A stretch of DNA of 47,235 nucleotides from Candidatus Levybacteria bacterium CG_4_9_14_0_2_um_filter_35_21 (GTDB lineage Bacteria; Patescibacteriota; Microgenomatia; Levybacterales; UBA12049), in contig PFRF01000043.1 of the NCBI GenBank assembly GCA_002788395.1, positions 1 through 47,235 on the forward strand, in the 5' to 3' direction. Position 1 is the stretch's first letter. Each line of letters opens with the position of its first letter. The notes beneath the pieces were generated by a model. It was not told the DNA's origin, made no database searches, and saw only the letters and a program-made list of their open reading frames with translations. This document shows, piece after piece, positions 18,474 to 27,629 of the stretch. The position numbers and the translations under genes were made by a program.

Positions 18474-19817
18474 ATGTTAAAAAGAATATTTACAAGTGAA
18501 GTTTCCATGTTTGTTGGAGAAGAGGTAAGGCTAAAAGGCTGGTTAAGGCTGAGGAGGGACCATGGAAAACTGATCTTTCTAGACTTGCGGGATAAAGATG
18601 GAATTGTACAGATTGTAGTAACTCCTAAAATTTCGGAGTCTGCTTACGAGCTTGCAAAAGACCTTCGGTCGGAAGATGTAATAGAAATTACCGGCAAGGT
18701 TAACAAGAGACCGGAGAACGCTGTTAACAAAGATCTAGATACAGGAACGGTAGAAATGGAAGCAACCGATATTAAAATTTTATCCAAGGCGGAAACATTA
18801 CCATTTGATATGGGCAGCGACAGCCTTAATTTGGAACTTCCTACTCTTTTGGATAACCGTTCGCTTACCTTACGACATCCGCAAATTGCAGGGATTTTTA
18901 AAGTTCAAGCGGCATTGCTTAAAGGATTTAGAAAAGCAGCTGAAGATCTTGGTTGTGTGGAGATTGTTGTTCCAACAGTTGTCGTAGATGCGACAGAAGG
19001 AGGAGCGGAGCTTTTTCAGATAGATTACTATGGACGTAAAGCCTTTTTAGCCCAAAGCCCTCAGCTTTATAAACAAATAATGGTTTCTATTTTCGAAAGA
19101 GTCTACACGATTGCTCATGCTTACAGGGCGGAACCTTCGGTAACAACAAGACATTTATCGGAAACTACTCAAATGGACATAGAGCTTGGTTTTGTAGAAT
19201 TTGCAGAGCTTTTAGATATTTTAGAAAATGTTGCAGTCGAAATGATAAAATATATAGAGGAAAACTGCAATAAAATCTTAAAGAATTCCGGGACAGGGAA
19301 AATTGCTTTTGGCAAGATTCCCCGTTTAACAGTAAGGGAAGCTCAGGAAATTATTTTAAAAGAATTCAAAAGAGATAATAGAAAGGAAAAAGACTTAGCT
19401 CCTCAAGATGAAGTTGATATTTGTAAATGGGCAAAAGAAAAACATATCAGCGATTTTGTCACCATTACTCACTTTCCAACAATGGCAAAACCATTCTACA
19501 CGATGCCCGATCCGAATAATCCGGAATATAGTTTAAGTTACGATTTACTTTTTCGAGGAGTTGAAGTGATGAGCGGAAGTCAGAGAATAAATGATTATAA
19601 TAAACTTATTGAGAATATTAAAAATAGGGGTATGGATCCAAAAAAATTTGAAATTTACCTTCAGGCATTTAAATATGGAATGCCGATAGAGGGAGGATTT
19701 TCTTTTGGAATGGAAAGAATTACCATGAAATTACTGGGACTTCAAAACGTTCGGGAAGCGAGTCTTTTTCCAAGAGATATGGAAAGAGTAGATGAAAAAC
19801 TTTCGAATTTTAAATAA
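18474..19817 (+). CDS. aspS: Archaeal-type (probably non-discriminating) aspartyl-tRNA synthetase
   Basis: OB fold RDHGKLIFLDLRD; ATEGGAELF, LAQSPQLYKQ, YRAEPS.T.RHL, SGSQRI, GGFSFGMER, FPRD. No GAD insertion. The likely start is ATG 18474; the TTG 18414 extension is heptamer repeat. Confidence 0.9.
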   Translation: MLKRIFTSEVSMFVGEEVRLKGWLRLRRDHGKLIFLDLRDKDGIVQIVVTPKISESAYELAKDLRSEDVIEITGKVNKRPENAVNKDLDTGTVEMEATDIKILSKAETLPFDMGSDSLNLELPTLLDNRSLTLRHPQIAGIFKVQAALLKGFRKAAEDLGCVEIVVPTVVVDATEGGAELFQIDYYGRKAFLAQSPQLYKQIMVSIFERVYTIAHAYRAEPSVTTRHLSETTQMDIELGFVEFAELLDILENVAVEMIKYIEENCNKILKNSGTGKIAFGKIPRLTVREAQEIILKEFKRDNRKEKDLAPQDEVDICKWAKEKHISDFVTITHFPTMAKPFYTMPDPNNPEYSLSYDLLFRGVEVMSGSQRINDYNKLIENIKNRGMDPKKFEIYLQAFKYGMPIEGGFSFGMERITMKLLGLQNVREASLFPRDMERVDEKLSNFK

Positions 19818-20748
19818 AAACTTGTTCTATAGTATAATTTACTTCTTCTTACCTTTTTTTTTGCTAATCTTAGCCTTAATTTTATTTTCCCTAGACACTT
19901 ATTTTAAAGAGGCTTTGTTAAAAATTAAAATTTTATCGTCCCCATTGCCTCCATTAACGGTTTCAAGATACCCAATATTAAAAGAACAGTTCATTCCACA
20001 AATTTCTGCCAAGGGTGCGGTTGTTTTGGACCCGGAGACAAAAGTCGTTCTTTATGCTAAAAATCCTAATTTAAGATTCTCTTCTGCTTCTACAACTAAA
20101 ATAATGACTGCTCTTACTGCACTTCAGACGTTTAATTTAAATCAAGAATTGGTTGTTTTTGAGCAATTTAACAAGGGGTCTGTAATAGGACTTAGAATTG
20201 GAGAAAAAATGACATTTGAAAATCTTCTGTATGGAATGCTTCTACCATCCGGAAATGATGTTGCCCTAACAGTTGCTCAAAATTATCCGGGAGGGCTTAA
20301 AAAATTTGTAAAAAAAATGAATAAAAACGCTAAAGATTGGTATTTATATAATACTCACTTTGAAGACCCGACAGGACTTAATGATGGAAATTTTACTACC
20401 TCGGTTGATTTGGCAAGACTTGCCGCGGTTTCTAAAAAGAATCCTATATTTTCAAAAGTGGTTTCAACCAAAAATAAATCGATTACAGATGTATCGGGAA
20501 CAGAAAAATATGACTTGGAAAATCTAAATAAATTACTTGGAATCGACGGAATCGACGGAATTAAAACAGGCTATACGGAAGAGGCAGGACAAGTTTTAGT
20601 TACTTCAAAAACTTATTTTGACACCGGAGAAAATAAAAAACGCTCAATAATTGTGGTTGTTATGGGTAGTGTAGATAGATTTTCCGATACACAAAGTTTG
20701 TTAAATCTTGCTTCCGGTAATATTACATACTTATCCATTCATCCTTAA
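19792..20748 (+). CDS. D-alanyl-D-alanine carboxypeptidase (peptidase S11)
   Basis: SxxK (ASTTK), SxN (PSGND), KTG (IKTGYT); N-terminal TM. Confidence 0.9.
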   Translation: MKNFRILNKNLFYSIIYFFLPFFLLILALILFSLDTYFKEALLKIKILSSPLPPLTVSRYPILKEQFIPQISAKGAVVLDPETKVVLYAKNPNLRFSSASTTKIMTALTALQTFNLNQELVVFEQFNKGSVIGLRIGEKMTFENLLYGMLLPSGNDVALTVAQNYPGGLKKFVKKMNKNAKDWYLYNTHFEDPTGLNDGNFTTSVDLARLAAVSKKNPIFSKVVSTKNKSITDVSGTEKYDLENLNKLLGIDGIDGIKTGYTEEAGQVLVTSKTYFDTGENKKRSIIVVVMGSVDRFSDTQSLLNLASGNITYLSIHP

Positions 20749-21775
20749 TTGCGGAAATATAAGCAAAGAAGTTTTCATTTCCTTCGAAAACAACTATCGG
20801 CATTAAATAGTTCTGTCTATTCTCCGAAATATAATATGCAAGGTAAATATTTGTAATAGATATGCTATTTTTTTTTGTCGGGTTTGATGCAATAAATCCG
20901 TTTCCATTTTTTAATTCATCTAGTGCTTCTGAGGCGGTTCTAATTGGATATGTTTCAGATTCGTCGGAAGCTTCTTGATAAGTAAATTTAGCTTCCACTA
21001 CTTGCGGTTGGTCTTTTCCACCGGTAATAAGTAAGTTAATTGGGGATGTATTTGGATCGGTATAAAAAATAGGAAGTTTATTTTTGTTATTCTGGAAGAA
21101 ATAAACCCGTGCAGCCTGAGCACTGGAAATACTTGTTGTAGGCATTAGAACGTAATTATTAATTGTTAGAAGTTCCGTTTTTATTCTTTCCAGATCAAGG
21201 TCTGTTGTCGGTAAAGCTCCAATACCGGATAAAAAATTTTGAGCAATATCTGAAATAATGGAAACATCTGTTGGAAAATTTTTTCCTGAAACAACATTGA
21301 CGTCGGTTATGTAGGATGATGTTAGGGTAAAATCAGACGTAAAGATGTTATACAACAGAGTTTTAGGAAAAGGAGAAGACGTTGTGAATCTATAAACATT
21401 TTTGCTAACTAAAGTTGGAATTAAGTCAAATTTAATTCTGCTTAGTTTTTCCTCAGCTTTTTTTAAAGCTAATAGATCTGCCTGTGGCTTGATCATTCTA
21501 AAGACACTTACTCTGTCCGGAAAATTAGGTAGCTTGCCGGAAACTGTGTCAACGTAAAATACAAAGTTTTTTGACCCCTCTTGTCTAGGGAAATCAATCT
21601 GCGGAAGTTTGTTATAGCCTACTGTCGGCGGCGGCGGCGGCGTAGGATAAAGAGCATTCTTTGTCATAACTCCAAGCTTAAAAAGAATAAAAAGAAAAAT
21701 TACTGCTCCAAGTGTTATTCCACACCATTTAACAAGGATCCTTGTTTCAGAAGAAATTTGACTTAAAGTAGGCAT
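20723..21775 (-). CDS. Hypothetical membrane-anchored extracellular protein with a Pro-rich linker
   Basis: Likely ATG at 21775 (MPTLSQ), TM helix, PTPPPPPT, then a beta-rich domain. Overlaps the convergent gene by 26 nt. Confidence 0.75.
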   Translation of the reverse strand: MPTLSQISSETRILVKWCGITLGAVIFLFILFKLGVMTKNALYPTPPPPPTVGYNKLPQIDFPRQEGSKNFVFYVDTVSGKLPNFPDRVSVFRMIKPQADLLALKKAEEKLSRIKFDLIPTLVSKNVYRFTTSSPFPKTLLYNIFTSDFTLTSSYITDVNVVSGKNFPTDVSIISDIAQNFLSGIGALPTTDLDLERIKTELLTINNYVLMPTTSISSAQAARVYFFQNNKNKLPIFYTDPNTSPINLLITGGKDQPQVVEAKFTYQEASDESETYPIRTASEALDELKNGNGFIASNPTKKNSISITNIYLAYYISENRQNYLMPIVVFEGNENFFAYISAIKDEWISM

Positions 21776-21778
21776 GTA

Positions 21779-21862
21779 TTGAGTATAGGAAAAGTTTAGG
21801 GTACAATGCAAGGGGAGCACCATACGGTGCCCCCTTAGAGATGTGCCGACTGGTACATTTCA
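21779..21862 (+). promoter_or_regulatory. gltX promoter followed by a two-hairpin 5' leader
   Basis: TTGAGT-17-TACAAT; hairpins aaggggagcacc-atac-ggtgccccctt and gagatgtgcc-gact-ggtacatttc. Confidence 0.55.
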
Positions 21863-21865
21863 AGT

Positions 21866-23098
21866 ATGTTTATGATAAAGGTCAGGTTTGCTCCAAGTCC
21901 AACAGGCATACCGCATATTGGCGGTATTAGAACAGCACTCTATAATTATTTATTTGCAAAACATAATAATGGCAAATTTTTATTAAGAATTGAGGATACG
22001 GATAGAAAAAGGTTTGTAGAAGGTGCGGAAGAGTCAATAATAAGTTCTTTAAAATGGCTTGGTCTTAATTGGGACGAAAAAATAACACATCAATCGGAAA
22101 GACTTAGTGTTTATAAAGCACATACTCAAACCCTTTTAGATAAAAAAATTGCTTATAAAAAAAATGATGCTATTTGGATTAAGATGCCCGAAGATAAGAT
22201 CTTTGCCTGGAAAGATTTAGTTGGAAATAAAAAAATTTCATTTGAAGGAAAAGATCAGCAGGATTTTGTTGCTTTAAAATCGGACGGTTTTCCAACTTAC
22301 CATTTAGCAAACGTAGTAGACGATCATTTAATGGGAATAACCCATGTTATTCGTGGTCAAGAATGGATTTCTTCCGTTCCCAAACATTTATACTTATACG
22401 AAAGTTTTTCCTGGGATCCTCCGAAGTTTGCTCATATGCCTGTAATTTTGGGACCGGATAAGGGTAAGCTTTCCAAAAGACATGGTGCTAAATCTACTCT
22501 TGATTATAAAAATGAAGGTTATTTGAAAGAGGCAATTTTAAATTATATTGCAATTTTAGGTTGGAATCCTGGAGGTGACAAGGAGGTTCTAACGCTTGAA
22601 GAGATGGTAAAAATTTTTGATATTAAAGATATTAATACTTCTAACCCTAAATTTGATTTAATTAAATTAGAATGGATGAATGGAATATATATAAGATCAC
22701 TTTCGGTAGAGGAATTAAAAGAAAAATTAAAAGATTATGGAATAAATCTTACAGGATATTCGGTAAGAGAACTTAATAGTTTAGTTGAACTTGCTAAAAC
22801 TAGAATAGCTAATCTATCTGAATTTGAAGAATTAATTAATCCTTTATTTAATCCTATGAAACAGGAATTAGAATCCGAAGAAAAACAAATTAGAGATGTT
22901 TTGAGAGCAAAACTTTCCACATTAGATAATTGGAATGAAGAAAAAATTTTGGATATCTTAAGAGGAGAAGCTAAAGTAAGAAATAAAAAAATGTCGGTTA
23001 TTTATAAAATTATGATTGGAAAGGAGAGAGGACTTCCTCTTCCACAGGCACTTACTATTATAGGAAAAGAAAAGACAATGAATTTACTTAATGAATAA
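21866..23098 (+). CDS. gltX: Glutamyl-tRNA synthetase (compact form)
   Basis: RFAPSPTGIPHIG, LRIEDTD, PTYHLANVVDDH, THVIRG, KLSKRHG. Confidence 0.93.
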   Translation: MFMIKVRFAPSPTGIPHIGGIRTALYNYLFAKHNNGKFLLRIEDTDRKRFVEGAEESIISSLKWLGLNWDEKITHQSERLSVYKAHTQTLLDKKIAYKKNDAIWIKMPEDKIFAWKDLVGNKKISFEGKDQQDFVALKSDGFPTYHLANVVDDHLMGITHVIRGQEWISSVPKHLYLYESFSWDPPKFAHMPVILGPDKGKLSKRHGAKSTLDYKNEGYLKEAILNYIAILGWNPGGDKEVLTLEEMVKIFDIKDINTSNPKFDLIKLEWMNGIYIRSLSVEELKEKLKDYGINLTGYSVRELNSLVELAKTRIANLSEFEELINPLFNPMKQELESEEKQIRDVLRAKLSTLDNWNEEKILDILRGEAKVRNKKMSVIYKIMIGKERGLPLPQALTIIGKEKTMNLLNE

Positions 23099-23693
23099 AA
23101 CAATTAAATTTTTTTTTGCAGAATTTTTTTCCTCCATATTTAATCCGGTTGTGTTTTTACTCTTAATGCCCTTTCTTATTGTTTATAGGCAAACTGCAAG
23201 TATTGAATATGCATTAAAATGGCAGCTTTTTACATCAATTTTTCTAATGATTGGTATAACATTCTTGCTTTTTGGACTTCACAAGAAAATTTTTTCGGAT
23301 ATAGATTTAACAAAAAGAGAAGAAAGAAAAGAATTCTATAAAATGTCCTTAATTCTTTCTGCCGGCTATTTAGTTTCAGCAATTTTATTTAAAGGTCCTG
23401 TTTTTTATATTAGTTTTGCAGCCGGGGGAATAACCGTTGGAGCATTCATTCTTTCTTTAATAAATAACTACACAAAGGCCAGTGTTCATCTTGCTGTTGC
23501 TACTGCATTTGTAACAACGATAGGAATTCTTTATGGATTTAATATTTTCATTTTTATTTTTTGGATTATCCCTCTAACTTTATGGGCAAGGCATTATCTT
23601 AAAAAACATACGATATTGCAAATGATTATCGGAATATTAGTCGGTCTTTTTGTAACGCTTGGTACTTTATTTATCTCGAGAATGTTTTTATAA
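23091..23693 (+). CDS. PAP2-superfamily-like membrane protein
   Basis: Multi-TM; KASVH and WARHYLKKHT resemble PAP2 motifs C2/C3. Confidence 0.6.
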   Translation: MNKTIKFFFAEFFSSIFNPVVFLLLMPFLIVYRQTASIEYALKWQLFTSIFLMIGITFLLFGLHKKIFSDIDLTKREERKEFYKMSLILSAGYLVSAILFKGPVFYISFAAGGITVGAFILSLINNYTKASVHLAVATAFVTTIGILYGFNIFIFIFWIIPLTLWARHYLKKHTILQMIIGILVGLFVTLGTLFISRMFL

Positions 23694-23702
23694 TTAGGAT
23701 AA

Positions 23703-24071
23703 ATGATTGATTTTAATAAATTATACTATTCATTTCACTACGCTCTTCAAGGAATAAAACATGCTTTAAAAAACGATCAAAATTTAAGGATACATTTTGT
23801 AGTTGCTACTTTAGTAATAATTGCGAGTTTAATCTTTCATGTAAATCCATTTGAGATGGGGATTTTAGGGATAATGATTCTACTCGTAATAACAGCGGAA
23901 ATGATAAACACGACTATAGAAGAAATGGTAAACCTTATTACAACCGAGCATAGAAAAGAGGCTAAAACGGCAAAGGATGTTGCAGCAGGAATGGTCTTAT
24001 TAATTGCAATAGGTTCGGTTATTGTTGGTTTTTTAATTTTTACTCCCTATATAGAAAAGATTTTTAGATAG
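23703..24071 (+). CDS. dgkA: DgkA-family diacylglycerol/undecaprenol kinase
   Basis: SFHYALQGI, NLRIH, AEMINTTIE, AKTAKDVAAGMVL. Confidence 0.9.
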   Translation: MIDFNKLYYSFHYALQGIKHALKNDQNLRIHFVVATLVIIASLIFHVNPFEMGILGIMILLVITAEMINTTIEEMVNLITTEHRKEAKTAKDVAAGMVLLIAIGSVIVGFLIFTPYIEKIFR

Positions 24072-24093
24072 CTTTTAGGTATATAATTAAGAT

Positions 24094-24887
24094 ATGAATA
24101 TTATTCAGGTAGATAGTCTGGTGAAAAAATTTAATGACTTCACAGCCGTTGATAATATTTCGTTTTCAGTTGAAGAGGGAGAGATATTTGCTTTTTTAGG
24201 TCCAAATGGTGCAGGAAAAACGACAACTATAAAGATGCTTACAACACTTCTTAATCCAACCAGAGGAAAGATTCTATTAAACGGTTTTGATCCTGTAATG
24301 AAAAAAATGAGGCAAGAAAATCATTTGGTATAGTTTTTCAGGATGCCAGTTTGGATGAAGAGCTAACTGCAAGAGAAAACTTGGAGTTTCATGGCGTTTT
24401 ATATAAAGTTCCCAAGAAACTAAGAAAAGAACGCATTAGAGAGCTGCTGGAATTAGTTGAATTATGGGATAGAAAAGATGATTTAGTTAAAACTTTTTCC
24501 GGTGGAATGAGAAGAAGACTTGAAATTGCAAGAGGATTATTACATCATTCAAAAATATTCTTCCTAGACGAACCCACTCTCGGACTTGATCCCCAAACCA
24601 GAAGCCGTATGTGGGAGTATATTACCTAGCTAAATAAAAAAGAGGGAATTACGATATTTTTTACAACTCATTACATTGAAGAAGCGGAAAAAATTGCCCA
24701 AAAAGTAGCAATTATTGACCATGGCAAAATTATTGTTCAAGGAACGTCGGAAGATCTAATGGAAAAAACCAAAACAAAAACACTTGAAGAGGCATTTTTA
24801 AATTTAACGGGGTGTGACATAAGAGATGAGGGGGCAAGCACGACAGATGGCATGAGAATGCATAGAAAAATATGGAGGAAAAGATAG
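24094..24887 (+). pseudogene. DrrA-like ABC exporter ATP-binding subunit, disrupted by a frameshift and an in-frame TAG
   Basis: Walker A GPNGAGKTT, then a frame change at the A7 run 24301-24307 (next frame NEARKSFGIVFQD). FSGGMRRRL and LDEPT are present. TAG at 24627-24629 precedes LNKKEGITIFFTTHYIEEAE; the natural stop is 24885-24887. Confidence 0.85.
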
Positions 24888-25633
24888 AGAATGTAATTTA
24901 TATTTTATGGTCTAGGCAGTTAAAGCGTTATCTAAGGTCAAAATCCAGAATTATTGGTTCTTTAGGTCAGCCGGTGTTGTTTTTAATCGCTTTAGGTTTT
25001 GGTTTTGGTCCAATTTATCAAAAGGCAGGGCAGGGTAACTATATTCAATTTTTAGCACCCGGAATAATTTCCATGAGTATTTTATTTACTTCGATCTTCT
25101 CCGGAATTGAAATTATTTGGGATAGGCAGTTTGGATTTTTGAAAGAAACCCTAGTTGCCCCTGTTTTCAGGGCAGAAATTATGATTGGTAGAACTCTTGG
25201 TGGGGCTACTGTATCCAGCGCTCAGGGGATTATTGTTCTTTTAATATCAATGCTGGTTGGTTTTAGACCGCAAGGCGTTGTTCAAGTATTTTTTGCCTTA
25301 ATAGTTATGATTCTTACCGCGATTCTTTTTACCGCATTGGGAACTGCAATTGCTTCTCTTCTTGATGACATGCAAGGATTTCAGTTAATTATGAATTTTC
25401 TAATTATGCTGCTTTTTTTCTTGTCAGGAGCATTGTTTCCGTTAAAAGGGTTGCCAACGTTTTTAGTAATTGTTACTTCGATTGATCCACTTTCTTATGG
25501 AGTTGACGGTTTGCGCTCAACTTTAACCGGAACAAGTCACTTTGGATTACCTATGGACATCTTCTTATTAGGGACAGGAGTGGTAATTCTTCTAGGGGTT
25601 GGCAGTTATCTTTTTTCCAAAATTCAAGTCTAA
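24872..25633 (+). CDS. ABC-2 type exporter permease (DrrB-like)
   Basis: FLAPGII, WDRQFGFLKETLVAPV, FFLSGALFP, DPLSYGVDGLR. Confidence 0.9.
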   Translation: MEEKIENVIYILWSRQLKRYLRSKSRIIGSLGQPVLFLIALGFGFGPIYQKAGQGNYIQFLAPGIISMSILFTSIFSGIEIIWDRQFGFLKETLVAPVFRAEIMIGRTLGGATVSSAQGIIVLLISMLVGFRPQGVVQVFFALIVMILTAILFTALGTAIASLLDDMQGFQLIMNFLIMLLFFLSGALFPLKGLPTFLVIVTSIDPLSYGVDGLRSTLTGTSHFGLPMDIFLLGTGVVILLGVGSYLFSKIQV

Positions 25634-25698
25634 TTTTTTACTTTCTTCTTACGTTTTTTTTGTTGACATTATTAATAAAATTTTAGTATGATGGTCTA

Positions 25699-26058
25699 AT
25701 GGAAGAACAAATTCAGCCTTTCCAACCTGTTCAACCAGCAGAAAGTATTCCGGTAGTAGAGTCTGTAGAAAAGAAATCTTCAAAGAAAGTTCTTATAATT
25801 GGGTTGATTATTTTACTAATTTTAGTTCCGCTTGTAATGTTAGGGCAGCAATATTTCGGAAAGTCAAATAAAAAGACGGAAATTGTTGTAAATCAAAAAA
25901 TTAGTCCTTCTCCTATTCCTTCGAGTGCCGTTGTGGATACTAGCGACGCCCAAATAGATAAAGATGCTCAGGCGGTAGGTCAGGCTGTTGATAGTCTTAA
26001 TAACGACCTAAACGAAATTGATAATAGCTTAAACGAACAACAGGTAAATTTACAATAA
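25699..26058 (+). CDS. Hypothetical single-TM protein
   Basis: One TM, a Ser/Pro linker and an acidic helical C-terminus; upstream TTGACA-18-TATGAT. Confidence 0.75.
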   Translation: MEEQIQPFQPVQPAESIPVVESVEKKSSKKVLIIGLIILLILVPLVMLGQQYFGKSNKKTEIVVNQKISPSPIPSSAVVDTSDAQIDKDAQAVGQAVDSLNNDLNEIDNSLNEQQVNLQ

Positions 26059-26059
26059 A

Positions 26060-26884
26060 ATGAAAAAATTAATTATAATTAGTACATTATTAACAGTATT
26101 ATTTTTGGTAATGCCTGTTTATGCGCAAACAGAAGTCACAAACGGTAGGTTGGGTGCTGTACGGGAAAAGTTAGAACAGAATACGGCTCAAAGAGAAGCA
26201 AAGATTACTCAAGCGCAGGAAAGAGTTGCAACAACCTTAAAAAAAAGAGCGGAAAAAGAATTAGACAGAAGGATTAGATCTTTAAATGGGTTAATTACAA
26301 AAATAAATTCGTTTAAAAAACTCGGTAATAGTCAAAAATCTACATTGGTAGCTCAAATTCAAACAGAAGTAACAAATTTAACCGCTTTAAAAGCAAAGAT
26401 AGAAGCGGATACTGATAATTTAACCCTTAAAACGGACGTTCAATCTATTACAAAAGGGTTTAGGATTTATGCCTTTTTTGTGCCCAAGATCCATGTTTTG
26501 GCAACAGCAGATACCTTAGATAATGTTTCCGATAAAATGGAATCTCTTTTGGGAAAACTGGAAACAAGAATTGCAGAGGCAAAAGTAAAAGGACTAAACA
26601 CTGCCTCATTAGATATTATCCTTACGGATCTCAAAGCTAAGATTGCCGACGCAAGAATTCAAGCTCAAGCCGCAAAAGATTTAGTAATCCCCTTAACTCC
26701 AGATGGATACCCAGGGAATAAAACCGTGCTTCAGTCCGCAAGGGCAAAATTAGTAGTGGGGCATAAGAATCTGCAGCTTGCAAAAAAGGATATACAAAAG
26801 ATTATAAAGGATTTAAGAGTATTAAATAAAGAATCATCCGCATCTACTACGACTTCAAGTACGACAACAACTACAACTCCGTAA
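26060..26884 (+). CDS. Hypothetical secreted coiled-coil protein
   Basis: Signal peptide ending VYA, long helical body and Thr/Ser-rich tail. Confidence 0.8.
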   Translation: MKKLIIISTLLTVLFLVMPVYAQTEVTNGRLGAVREKLEQNTAQREAKITQAQERVATTLKKRAEKELDRRIRSLNGLITKINSFKKLGNSQKSTLVAQIQTEVTNLTALKAKIEADTDNLTLKTDVQSITKGFRIYAFFVPKIHVLATADTLDNVSDKMESLLGKLETRIAEAKVKGLNTASLDIILTDLKAKIADARIQAQAAKDLVIPLTPDGYPGNKTVLQSARAKLVVGHKNLQLAKKDIQKIIKDLRVLNKESSASTTTSSTTTTTTP

Positions 26885-27209
26885 ACTCATTATAAAATGA
26901 TACTTGTTTCTTTTTAATCTGTCTAATCATTTTCTTAAATCTTTTTTCTTTTGAAGTGCAAAAAAATTCTCGGCAAGCCTGAGGTCTTATTTTGTAAATG
27001 GTACATTTATTATCTTTTAGATAAACGCAACTTCCATTTTCCTTTTGCTTTAGAGTATTTGCTGCGCAAGAATTTGCTTTACGAAAATTATCAATTAACC
27101 CAAATTCTTCAAACTGAGTTTTATATTTACCCGATTTATATTCTTTTTCGGTTAGGTTTATTACAAACAAGCGACAACAAATACCGCACCGTGTGCAATC
27201 GTTTTTCAT
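26871..27209 (-). CDS. YkgJ family (CxxCxxCC) cysteine-cluster protein
   Basis: CTRCGICC...CVYLKDNKCTIYKIRPQACREF. Confidence 0.88.
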   Translation of the reverse strand: MKNDCTRCGICCRLFVINLTEKEYKSGKYKTQFEEFGLIDNFRKANSCAANTLKQKENGSCVYLKDNKCTIYKIRPQACREFFCTSKEKRFKKMIRQIKKKQVSFYNEFTEL

Positions 27210-27267
27210 ATTTTTTACTTAGAATATAGGATTCGGATTAATTGTATCATCTTCTTGGATAATTAAA

Positions 27268-27296
27268 TTGTGCTCATGAATTATATCTGCTAAAAT
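27268..27296 (+). promoter_or_regulatory. sigma70 promoter for the tRNA-Gln transcript
   Basis: TTGTGC-17-TAAAAT with an extended -10 TG. Confidence 0.55.
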
Positions 27297-27351
27297 TAGC
27301 CTTACATTGTCGAGCAAGGATGAAGTCCGCAGAGCACGGCAAAGTAATCAA

Positions 27352-27422
27352 TGCGGGATCGTATAATGGTAGTACAACGGACTCTGAATCCGTTTATCAT
27401 GGTTCGAATCCATGTCCCGCAG
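27352..27422 (+). tRNA. tRNA-Gln(CUG)
   Basis: Acceptor TGCGGGA/TCCCGCA, anticodon arm ACGGA-CTCTGAA-TCCGT, T arm CATGG-TTCGAAT-CCATG; CCA not encoded. Confidence 0.95.
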
Positions 27423-27441
27423 CTCAGGCCTTAGCAGGTGG

Positions 27442-27478
27442 GAATTCATTCATCTAGGTTCGAATCCTAGTTCGGCAG
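27442..27478 (+). other. Orphan 3' half of a second tRNA-Gln-like gene
   Basis: GAA TTCAT TCAT CTAGG-TTCGAAT-CCTAG TTCGGCA G is colinear with the 3' half of the intact tRNA but differs in sequence. Confidence 0.75.
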
Positions 27479-27629
27479 CAAAATATTTAGCCTCAGATTT
27501 TTATCTCAAAACATATCAAGCGAAAATTGGATTCGAACTTTTATACCTAGAATAACTTTGCACAACTCAAGATGTAAGAAGCCATGAAAATAAATTGTAT
27601 TTTAAATTAAGCTAATACTTATTTAATCT

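Noticed and set aside
20541..20561. Direct repeat atcgacgga x2
   Set aside because: It encodes GIDGIDGIKTG next to the conserved KTG motif; a codon-level repeat with no further significance.
21626..21642. (GGC)n microsatellite
   Set aside because: It simply encodes the poly-Pro linker on the minus strand.
27315..27345. ggatgaagtccg resembling the RNase P RNA GAGGAAAGUCC motif
   Set aside because: There is no matching P4 3' strand, and a complete tRNA occupies the following sequence.
27276..27449. Long-range complementarity atgaattatatctgctaa / ttagcaggtgggaattcat enclosing tRNA-Gln
   Set aside because: The 5' arm lies within the predicted promoter spacer and would not be transcribed, and no D-arm or acceptor precedes it. 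Treated as probably coincidental, though not excluded.
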